A stretch of DNA of 64,000 nucleotides from Candidatus Staskawiczbacteria bacterium (GCA_903831095.1 CAIKWD010000026.1:29290-93289); one strand, 5' to 3'. Positions 46,656 to 53,466 are shown, counted from the stretch's first letter. Translations and numbers: made by a program. The notes: generated by a model not told the origin, from the letters alone.

Positions 46656-47129
46656 TTAAGCTTTGTAGACTTTATATCCTTCGTGAACTTTCTTTTCAAT
46701 TTTCATACCTACAGAATCTCCTTTTTTAGCTGAAGCAACTTCCACATGTTCAATTTGCATTGATTTTACTTTCTGCTCAAAATCTGTATCTTGCCCGCCA
46801 ACTACCCTAATTATTTCCCCGTCTTTCAGCGGAGCTTCCAACTCAATAACTGCTACCTCAATATTTGAAAAATAATGAGTTATTCGGCCAATTATTTTAC
46901 CCTCTGGCTCTACCTTGGGCATTATAGATTTTGACGCAATCTTTTTAACTGCTTTTTTGACTGCTTTTTTAGTAGCCTTTTTTACAGTTTTTTTAACTGC
47001 CTTCTTAGTTGTTTTTTTGACTGCCTTTTTTATAATTTTTTTCTTCTTAGAAACTACTTTCTTTCCCGATTTCTTCGAGGATCCTCGACTGCTTTGCAGT
47101 CGGGACTTTTTTGCTTTTGCTTTGGACAC
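46656..47129 (-). CDS. Fusion of a histone H1-like lysine-rich N-terminus (KKAVKK repeats) with an EF-Tu domain-2-like beta-barrel C-terminal domain; GTG start
   Basis: 157 aa. Tandem KKAVKKT repeats precede KIIGRITHYFSNIEVAVIELEAPLKDGEIIRVVG...SMQIEHVEVASAKKGDSVGMKI. The start codon and leader are copied from rplT. Confidence 0.55.
   Translation of the reverse strand: MSKAKAKKSRLQSSRGSSKKSGKKVVSKKKKIIKKAVKKTTKKAVKKTVKKATKKAVKKAVKKIASKSIMPKVEPEGKIIGRITHYFSNIEVAVIELEAPLKDGEIIRVVGGQDTDFEQKVKSMQIEHVEVASAKKGDSVGMKIEKKVHEGYKVYKA
46930..47040. repeat. Tandem approximately 12-21-nt DNA repeats encoding the KKAVKK lysine-rich repeats
   Basis: Repeated units such as tttttgactgcctttttt are visible in the sequence. 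Confidence 0.6.
47064..47105. repeat. GC-rich palindromic mini-element, family 2, copy D (in-frame in the H1-like gene; encodes SRLQSSRGSSKKSG)
   Basis: tcccgatttcttcgaggatcctcgactgctttgcagtcggga. It has a 14-nt perfect palindrome TCGAGGATCCTCGA flanked by TCCCGA/TCGGGA. Confidence 0.75.
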
Positions 47130-47240
47130 GGTCTTGTGAGCGAGGCGAACAAGATTGCTTCGGAAATTGGGCTAATTATAATCTTATACATCTAGGCCCA
47201 ATTTACGCGGAAATACTTTGTTCTGTCGCGGTTATTTACT
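47126..47240 (-). promoter_or_regulatory. Inverted duplicate of the rplT leader (rpmI-rplT spacer, hairpin and GTG start), fused upstream of the H1-like/EndoQ operon
   Basis: The reverse complement of 47126-47238 aligns with 39583-39690. Two 22-nt and 31-nt blocks are identical, and the substitutions cluster in the hairpin loop. The stem AAATTGGGC(47164-47172)/GCCCAATTT(47196-47204) is a perfect 9 bp. Confidence 0.7.
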
Positions 47241-47241
47241 T

Positions 47242-47403
47242 AATAATTTGTACATATGACCTTTGCCTTTATATTATCACTATACGAAAATTTTTCAAAC
47301 AAAAACCGCCTTCGTAAGAAGCCGGGCTTTGAAGAGGGGGATAATAATTTACAGCGATCTCGGTGAACTTCTCGAGCTGAATTCGGACAATGAATCCAGA
47401 CAT
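47242..47403 (-). CDS. Candidate small ORF (53 aa) with a strong AGGAGG SD; not in the ORF track (below its size cutoff)
   Basis: AGGAGG is followed 9 nt later by ATG, giving MSGFIVRIQLEKFTEIAVNYYPPSSKPGFLRRRFLFEKFSYSDNIKAKVICTNY. The ORF runs through a terminator-like hairpin and ends exactly where the L20-leader copy begins, so it may instead be a non-coding region. Confidence 0.25.
47296..47330 (-). terminator. Terminator-like hairpin with a GUAA tetraloop (CCGCCTTC-GUAA-GAAGCCGGG) and a T-run on the minus strand
   Basis: Read from the sequence. It lies about 180 nt downstream of the 47506-47859 gene and upstream of the L20-leader copy. Confidence 0.45.
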
Positions 47404-47505
47404 ATAATTTTTCCTCCTTCGCTAAAAGTTATTATGTCCTTAAGATAAATCTCGCACCCCCTCATAACTGCCATTGTATTCTAAAACCCGTATAAGTCAA
47501 GATAA

Positions 47506-47859
47506 TTACAGCAAAGTAATTATTAAGCCTATAGCACCAAAGATAAATCCTATGGCGATTTTCAGAGTTGGGAGTTGCTTAAAGAAAAACCAGGCCAATA
47601 TTGGTTCCATTATTACTATAGCTGCCACAGACATGACTGCAATTATCCAAATATTCTTAAATATGTGCATTCCAAAATATACGGACCCAAGAAACAACGC
47701 TCCCCCAATTAAAACAATTAAAATAGCCAAAGTAAAAGTTAACATTTTTGAAGAGCTACCAACTGCATTTTTGGCAACAAACATTTCCGAATATAAATAA
47801 AAAGATTCGCCAATAAACAAAAACAAAATTACTAAAAATTTATAAAAAAGAATATTCAT
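47506..47859 (-). CDS. Small 4-TM membrane protein (SMR/DMT-like), paralog of 21647-22009
   Basis: 117 aa with GESFYLY in TM1, FKNIWIIAV, and MEPILAWFFFKQLPT, all shared with the paralog. Confidence 0.5.
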   Translation of the reverse strand: MNILFYKFLVILFLFIGESFYLYSEMFVAKNAVGSSSKMLTFTLAILIVLIGGALFLGSVYFGMHIFKNIWIIAVMSVAAIVIMEPILAWFFFKQLPTLKIAIGFIFGAIGLIITLL

Positions 47860-47860
47860 A

Positions 47861-48766
47861 TTAAAAAAATAGCGTTATAAAGTATCCGATAATAGCGCAG
47901 AGGGCAACTGGAGGCAAAGCTGGAATTGGTTCTGGTTTTCCATTTTTGGCTTTTTGAGAAGTAAAAAGATAATAAGTAAAAAATGATCCTACCAAGGAAA
48001 ACAAAACAATCAACAATGCCCTAAAAAATCCAAAAGGCACAACTGAAACCGCTAATAAACTTGGAAACACCACGTCTCCCCCACCTAAAATCATAAAGTT
48101 TCCTCCTTGCTTTACCTTGTGCAATTTTTCTTTAAAATGCTTTGATTCTTTTGGAATTATAAAACCTAAAATTACTTTCTGGTCTATCATTTCCTTTGCC
48201 ATTAAAATCATATGTTTGGTTTTATAAACTGCCACAAAGTCGTAAACAGAAAATATCATTAACAAAGCTACAACAACTGCTGGTGTAAAACCCAAACCAA
48301 AAAAACTGGCAGCCCCGGCCAACCCCAAAACCATTAAAACATTATGCACCCACACTGAAGGAAATTTCAGCCAAATCGCCAACAAAACACCTATTGTTAA
48401 AATTGTGACAGTTATAGGCAAAAATAAGTTTAAAAGAGTAATTCCTCCCCAAAACACAGTTAACAAGAATATGCCTTTGTAAATTATTCCTTTAAATTTG
48501 TTTATTTTTTTGTTTTTATATACTACAAAAATTAAAACAAAAAAAGTAATAAATATAAAGGAAAAAATAAAATCTTGCAAAGATGTTTTAGGTAGATAAA
48601 CTTCTCTATTCTCAGCCATTCTATTTAATTCAAATCCTCCAACTGCAGCTAAAAGCGAAGTCAACAAAAACAATCCGCCTTCAAAACTAAAAACTTTCCA
48701 AAACTTAATTTGATCTTCTTTTTTAGCTTTTTTTACTTTAACAATTTTTGGCTCTATATATTTCAT
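47861..48766 (-). CDS. Polytopic GxGD intramembrane aspartyl protease, presenilin/signal-peptide-peptidase (A22)-like
   Basis: 301 aa with about 8-9 TM. YD motif in a TM segment (FSVYDFVAV), GxGD (MILGGGDVVFP) and a C-terminal PAL motif (IPALPP). The alternative is a type IV prepilin peptidase (A24), which shares GGGD. Confidence 0.5.
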   Translation of the reverse strand: MKYIEPKIVKVKKAKKEDQIKFWKVFSFEGGLFLLTSLLAAVGGFELNRMAENREVYLPKTSLQDFIFSFIFITFFVLIFVVYKNKKINKFKGIIYKGIFLLTVFWGGITLLNLFLPITVTILTIGVLLAIWLKFPSVWVHNVLMVLGLAGAASFFGLGFTPAVVVALLMIFSVYDFVAVYKTKHMILMAKEMIDQKVILGFIIPKESKHFKEKLHKVKQGGNFMILGGGDVVFPSLLAVSVVPFGFFRALLIVLFSLVGSFFTYYLFTSQKAKNGKPEPIPALPPVALCAIIGYFITLFF

Positions 48767-48804
48767 ATTACAATTCTACCAAGAAATCAGCTTTTTACCA
48801 ACAA

Positions 48805-48836
48805 AAAATCCCGCAGTGGGCGGGATCTTTTAATTT
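48805..48836 (-). terminator. Intrinsic terminator ATCCCGC-AGTG-GGCGGGAT with T-run, downstream of the NIF3 gene
   Basis: A 7-8-bp GC stem followed by a T-run on the minus strand. Confidence 0.65.
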
Positions 48837-48846
48837 AAATTTTTAT

Positions 48847-49791
48847 TTACACTCTGGAAAATCTAGTAAATCCTGAACAGGCAACAATTTCAATACCTTT
48901 CTTTTCTAATTCATCCATCAGCAAGTTAACTCCAAGAGAATCAGATGATATGTGGCCAGCTATTACAATATTAACATGAGCTGATTCTGCATCTTTTCTG
49001 TTGTCCTCAGAAATATGCATTCCAATTACAGTTCCAATACCTGCTTGAGCCATTTTTTCATAAAGTTTCCCAGAACCCTCTGTTCCCCCGGTTATTTCTG
49101 ATAAGGCAATTTTACCGCACCTGTTTTCTGGCGACCCTGTAAAAATCTTTGGTCCTACCCCAATTTTCATTGCTTCTTTATATTCTGGAATTTCTTTTAG
49201 TGCTTCAACTAATTCTCCAACTCTCTCAAAGTTTTTTTTCTCAACAAATTCTTTTAAAAATTTGGCTGCCAAATTATCACATGGAGTATGTGAATTCATC
49301 AAGTTAACTTTCATCAGCCTAGCTGCGTCAACTGTTCTCTGATGGTTTGAAGCATTAACTCCCCTGGCAACTTCAGAAATTCTTTCTTTCATTAGACCTT
49401 CTGCTACGTTAATTGGTACTCCGTAGTAATTACAAACATCTGCCTGAAGTTCCATAACATCAGCCAACTGAGCTAATCCTTTACCAATTGGATGGTGAGC
49501 TATAACTAAATCAATATCTCCCAATTCCCTGGCAATTAAAATTTCATCAGGACCAATATCTATGCCCACTAAAACTTTCTTAATTTCTTTGTCATCTGAA
49601 ACATTATAAACTCCAGAATCTAAAAATGGATTTTCTAAGGCATCCTTGTCAAATTCTACCTTGTCTTTCTCTGATAGCTTGTCAAATCTCTTCTTTTTAT
49701 TGTCCAATAATTTCTGCACGCCCTCTTTTCCCCTGAAATCAGCTTCAGTTCCCATTTTTATCATTAACTTGTAAATATCTTGTATTTTCAT
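48847..49791 (-). CDS. NIF3 family dinuclear-metal-centre protein (YqfO/YbgI-like)
   Basis: 314 aa with DLVIAHHP and a C-terminal metal-binding His/Glu pattern. Confidence 0.8.
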   Translation of the reverse strand: MKIQDIYKLMIKMGTEADFRGKEGVQKLLDNKKKRFDKLSEKDKVEFDKDALENPFLDSGVYNVSDDKEIKKVLVGIDIGPDEILIARELGDIDLVIAHHPIGKGLAQLADVMELQADVCNYYGVPINVAEGLMKERISEVARGVNASNHQRTVDAARLMKVNLMNSHTPCDNLAAKFLKEFVEKKNFERVGELVEALKEIPEYKEAMKIGVGPKIFTGSPENRCGKIALSEITGGTEGSGKLYEKMAQAGIGTVIGMHISEDNRKDAESAHVNIVIAGHISSDSLGVNLLMDELEKKGIEIVACSGFTRFSRV

Positions 49792-49813
49792 GGTATTGAA
49801 GTTATTTTTATAA

Positions 49814-50044
49814 TTAAACTACTGCTTTTGCATTAAGCTTATTATACATCTCTTTTATCATTTCTTCTTGCTTTTTTACGTCCAAAAACTGGCGCCTTAT
49901 CTGCGCTTTTTGAGTCCTGACAAATCTCTTTACTGAATGTGACAACTCTTTAAATTTTTCCATGCTAGTTATATTTTTAATATTATTATATTTTAAAAAG
50001 ACACTATTACATGTCTTTTCTATTTCTCTTATACAGTACCACAC
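49814..50044 (-). CDS. Hypothetical small protein
   Basis: 76-aa ORF between the NIF3 and Mur ligase genes. No motif recognised. Confidence 0.3.
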   Translation of the reverse strand: MWYCIREIEKTCNSVFLKYNNIKNITSMEKFKELSHSVKRFVRTQKAQIRRQFLDVKKQEEMIKEMYNKLNAKAVV

Positions 50045-50062
50045 ATTAAGGAATAATGAAAG

Positions 50063-51244
50063 CTACCTACCTTTTAGTGCCTCACGGGCAATTTGGCGGT
50101 CATCCCAGGGAATTTTCCTGCCATTTTCCAAACACATCCAAGGCTCTGACCCTTTACCAGTTATAATAACAACTTCACCTGGTTTGGCAACACTTATTGC
50201 AGTTTTAATTGCTTCTTTTCTGTCTAATATTTTTTTAGCATTATTACCTGCAGTTGCCATAACCTGATTTACAATTTCCTCAGGATTTTCGTCATATGGA
50301 TCTTCATTAGTAATAATTATTTGCTGGCAATATTTTTTTGCCAACTCTCCAAGCACAGGTCTTTTCCATTTATCCCTGCCTCCCCCACATGAACCCAAAA
50401 CACAAACTAAATTTTTACCAGCAAAAGATTTATAAACTGCTTCAAGTTGATCTGGAGTGTGTGCATAATCTACAACTACCTTGATTGGATTTTCAGCCAC
50501 AACTTCCATCCTACCAGAAATTCCTTTTGCTTTTTCTAAAGCTTTTTTGCAATTTTCCAAATCAACTCCATAAACATTGGCTACAGAAATTGCCGATAAA
50601 GCATTCATAATATTAAAATCTCCCATTAAATTAAGTTTCAAATTAACCTTATCTGCATCTTTTATAGAAAACTTAATTATTTGTTTTGCTTTGATATTTA
50701 AAAAATATTCTGCATTTTTGTCGTCGGCATTTATAATATGTATATTTTTACAAGCTTTGAAAAGTTTCAATTTTTCATTCCTATAATTTTCAAAACCTCC
50801 ATGGCTTTCAATATGTTCTGGAGTTAAGTTAGTAAAAACAACTGTGTCAAAGTTTATAAACTTGTGGCGAAACTGCCTGATTCCCTCTGAAGTAACTTCT
50901 AAAACTGCGTATTTACAACCTGCTTTTACAGCCTGACTTAAAAACTTCTGAATTACAAATCTACCAGGCATTGTCATTTTATATTTGTTATCCCATTCTT
51001 TCTCTCCAACTTTAAACCTTATCGAAGAAGCAGAAGCTACTTTTTCATCAGCTTCTTCCAATATTCTAGTAATTAAATCAACTGTAGTTGATTTACCACT
51101 AGTTCCAGTAACGCCGATTATTTTTATGCTTTTGCTTTTACCTGGAAAACCAAAAACTAAAGCTCCAAAAAAAGCTAGTCCAAAATGATAAGCCCTCAGC
51201 AAAAACTTCGGTATGAATTTTTTGATATTTTCTTTAAATGTCAT
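50063..51244 (-). CDS. Mur ligase family protein (UDP-N-acetylmuramoyl peptide ligase-like)
   Basis: 393 aa with a P-loop (GVTGTSGKSTTVDLI) and Mur ligase middle and C-terminal domains. Confidence 0.7.
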   Translation of the reverse strand: MTFKENIKKFIPKFLLRAYHFGLAFFGALVFGFPGKSKSIKIIGVTGTSGKSTTVDLITRILEEADEKVASASSIRFKVGEKEWDNKYKMTMPGRFVIQKFLSQAVKAGCKYAVLEVTSEGIRQFRHKFINFDTVVFTNLTPEHIESHGGFENYRNEKLKLFKACKNIHIINADDKNAEYFLNIKAKQIIKFSIKDADKVNLKLNLMGDFNIMNALSAISVANVYGVDLENCKKALEKAKGISGRMEVVAENPIKVVVDYAHTPDQLEAVYKSFAGKNLVCVLGSCGGGRDKWKRPVLGELAKKYCQQIIITNEDPYDENPEEIVNQVMATAGNNAKKILDRKEAIKTAISVAKPGEVVIITGKGSEPWMCLENGRKIPWDDRQIAREALKGR

Positions 51245-51325
51245 TATTTATAATTTAGCACAAGTAACAGACAAAAAAAAGCCCGCCTATAGCGAGCATT
51301 AAAGTTATAAAATAAAAAAAGAAAA

Positions 51326-51613
51326 TCATCCAAATGTTGCTCCACGACTAGTTGCCCATACTGCATCACGATGCATTTGTTCGATATGAGCAAACACTGC
51401 AGGATTATATACTCCCATGACACTTATTGATCCATCTCTGGAATAATAAGAGTCACCAACAGGATATGCCCTGTCTTTATAGATCCAGTTTTGGCCATTT
51501 TCACTCAAGGTCACCCCATGAGCTAGCCCTTTAACAACCTCGGTATGAGTTGTGTTTGGCGTCCAAACCAATGTTACCAAGTTTACTTTCCCAACTGTTT
51601 TTTTCTTCTTCAT
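51326..51613 (-). CDS. Hypothetical protein (95 aa), GC-richer than the flanks
   Basis: ORF with an N-terminal KKKK stretch. No motif recognised. Confidence 0.35.
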   Translation of the reverse strand: MKKKKTVGKVNLVTLVWTPNTTHTEVVKGLAHGVTLSENGQNWIYKDRAYPVGDSYYSRDGSISVMGVYNPAVFAHIEQMHRDAVWATSRGATFG

Positions 51614-51681
51614 TTTTTACCCCCTTGCATAAATTTACAACGACCATAAAACAATATTATAAAATTTTAATCTCCTAGTCA

Positions 51682-51709
51682 ATAAAAAAGCCGGCTTATA
51701 AAACCGGCT
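51682..51709 (-). terminator. Intrinsic terminator AGCCGG-TTTTATAA-GCCGGCT plus T-run, downstream of cimA/leuA
   Basis: A 6-bp GC stem directly after the stop codon, followed by TTTTTTATTG on the minus strand. Confidence 0.6.
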
Positions 51710-51715
51710 ATGCGC

Positions 51716-53287
51716 TTAGTGCGCTTTTAAAATCACATATTCTAACCCATCAGTCAGTGCTTGCAAACTTGCTTCAATGGAATCAGTTGAGCAACCGGTT
51801 GTGGTCCAATTTTCTGAACCATCGGAAAAATCAACCAAAACCCTAACCGGTTTTGCAGTTCCTTTTTCACCGGGCAAAACTCTGACTTTATAATCAATCA
51901 GTTTAACCTTTTCAAGATATGAAAAGCTGGGCATTAATGCTTTGCGTAAAGCATTATCTAATGCATTCACCGGCCCGTCGCCATCTGCAACTTGGTAAGC
52001 AATATTATTTACTCCTCCATTTATATCAACCTTAACGATGGCAGAATCTACTGGATCTTCTTGACCATGTTGCTGAGACCTTACGTCGCGGCTTAATATT
52101 TTAAAAGGACGAGCATATCCATCCTGCTGGCGCATCATTATAAGCTTTAACGAGCCGTCAGCTCCTTCAAATTGAAATCCTTTGTTTTCCAGATTTTCAA
52201 CTTGTTTTAAAACCTTTTTTGCCTGCTCAGAATCCAATAATATGCCGAATTCTTTTGCCTTGATTTCTATGTTGCTTCTTCCGGAAAGTTCTGACACTGC
52301 CACTGATGAAACGTTTCCAACCGCTTCAGGTTTTATGTGGTGATAACTGTCAGGATCCTTGGAAATTGCATTAACATGCAACCCGGCTTTATGACGGAAA
52401 GCTGAATTTCCAACATACGGCTGCTGAGAATTCAATGGAAGATTCGCTATTTCCGCAGTGAAACGAGCAAGATTTGTCAGTTGTGTCATATTCTCTTCAA
52501 GCAAACATGGCAACAACATCTTGGCCTTTAAGGCTGGAATAACAGAACAAAGATTCGCATTTCCACAGCGTTCTCCATACCCATTAACAGTCACCTGTAC
52601 TTGATCAGCACCGGCTTTAATAGCAGCCAATGAACTGGCCACTGCCATTTCACCATCATTGTGAACGTGAATGCCAATTGGTATTTCTAACTTGTTTTTC
52701 ACTTCTGCCACAATAGATTCAATTTCCCATGGCAAACTACCTCCATTTGTATCACATAATACAACCCTAGAAACTCCGCCTTCTATGGTGGCTCTTACAC
52801 AATCCAATGAATACTCATCGTCTTGCTTAAAACCGTCAAAAAAGTGCTCGGCATCAAAAAATACAGTACGCTGGTTTTCCACCAAAAATCTACAGCTTTC
52901 CCTTATAAGTCGCAAATTCTCTTCCAGTGGAACGCCCAACACTTTTTCCACATGGCGTCTAGAAGCCTTTCCAACAATGGCGACAACTTCAGTCCCAGAA
53001 TCAATCAGCATGGCTAATTGTTTATCTTCTGCTGGGTTTTTGTACTTTGCGCAAGTCATTCCAAAAGCAACAAATTTTGCATTTTTTAACTTCATCTTTT
53101 TTGCTTCCTGAAAAACTTCACTGTCTTTTTCATTTGCTCCCGGCCAGCCGAGCTCGATATAATCGACCCCTAGCTGGTCCAGTTTTTCTGCAATTCTCAA
53201 TTTGTCATCTTTGGAAAATGAAATTCCCGGCTGTTGTCCCCCGTCCCTTAAAGTCGTGTCATAAATCTCGACCATTTTTGCTTTCAT
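51716..53287 (-). CDS. cimA: (R)-citramalate synthase / 2-isopropylmalate synthase family (CimA-like, with a LeuA-type C-terminal regulatory domain)
   Basis: 523 aa. VEIYDTTLRDGGQQPGISFS, HVHNDGEMAVASSLAAIKAGA and the C-terminal LeuA dimerisation/regulatory domain. There is a strong SD (AAGGAAAGG) upstream. Confidence 0.8.
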   Translation of the reverse strand: MKAKMVEIYDTTLRDGGQQPGISFSKDDKLRIAEKLDQLGVDYIELGWPGANEKDSEVFQEAKKMKLKNAKFVAFGMTCAKYKNPAEDKQLAMLIDSGTEVVAIVGKASRRHVEKVLGVPLEENLRLIRESCRFLVENQRTVFFDAEHFFDGFKQDDEYSLDCVRATIEGGVSRVVLCDTNGGSLPWEIESIVAEVKNKLEIPIGIHVHNDGEMAVASSLAAIKAGADQVQVTVNGYGERCGNANLCSVIPALKAKMLLPCLLEENMTQLTNLARFTAEIANLPLNSQQPYVGNSAFRHKAGLHVNAISKDPDSYHHIKPEAVGNVSSVAVSELSGRSNIEIKAKEFGILLDSEQAKKVLKQVENLENKGFQFEGADGSLKLIMMRQQDGYARPFKILSRDVRSQQHGQEDPVDSAIVKVDINGGVNNIAYQVADGDGPVNALDNALRKALMPSFSYLEKVKLIDYKVRVLPGEKGTAKPVRVLVDFSDGSENWTTTGCSTDSIEASLQALTDGLEYVILKAH

Positions 53288-53357
53288 AATCTTTTCCTTT
53301 CCTTATTAAATTTTCAAGTTGCTGTCAAAAAGAGATTTTTTAGAAGCACCAGCCCCT

Positions 53358-53418
53358 AAAAAACAAAAACCTCTTTTTGAGAAGAGGCGCTTTTTCTTTT
53401 AATGAAAACGCTCCTTCT
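53358..53418 (-). promoter_or_regulatory. Attenuator RNA structures: antiterminator segment AGAAGGAGCG and intrinsic terminator CCTCTTCT-CAAAA-AGAGG plus a T10 run, upstream of cimA
   Basis: The terminator stem lies at 53370-53387 with the T-run (an A-run on the plus strand) at 53358-53369. AGAAGGAGCG can pair with 9 of 10 positions of the terminator 5' arm CGCCUCUUCU. Confidence 0.6.
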
Positions 53419-53466
53419 CTAAGAGAGGTTAATAATAATTATGTTTTGTGAAACTGTATAATTCAT
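53419..53466 (-). CDS. Leader peptide MNYTVSQNIIIINLS (15 aa) with four consecutive Ile codons: Ile/Leu-responsive attenuation leader for cimA
   Basis: A manually translated small ORF 40 nt downstream of the ruvA stop, read ATG AAT TAT ACA GTT TCA CAA AAC ATA ATT ATT ATT AAC CTC TCT TAG, followed directly by alternative hairpins and a terminator. Confidence 0.6.
   Translation of the reverse strand: MNYTVSQNIIIINLS

Noticed and set aside
47263-47448. Plus-strand 61-aa ORF in the 47240-47505 spacer
   Set aside because: No SD, and it lies antisense to a region with a strong SD plus ORF on the minus strand. It is likely a shadow ORF.
47861-48766. Calling the GxGD protease a type IV prepilin peptidase
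   Set aside because: This is not fully rejected. However, the YD motif in a TM helix and the C-terminal PAL motif, together with the absence of an N-terminal tetracysteine methyltransferase domain, favour the presenilin/SPP (A22) family. It is kept as the alternative hypothesis.
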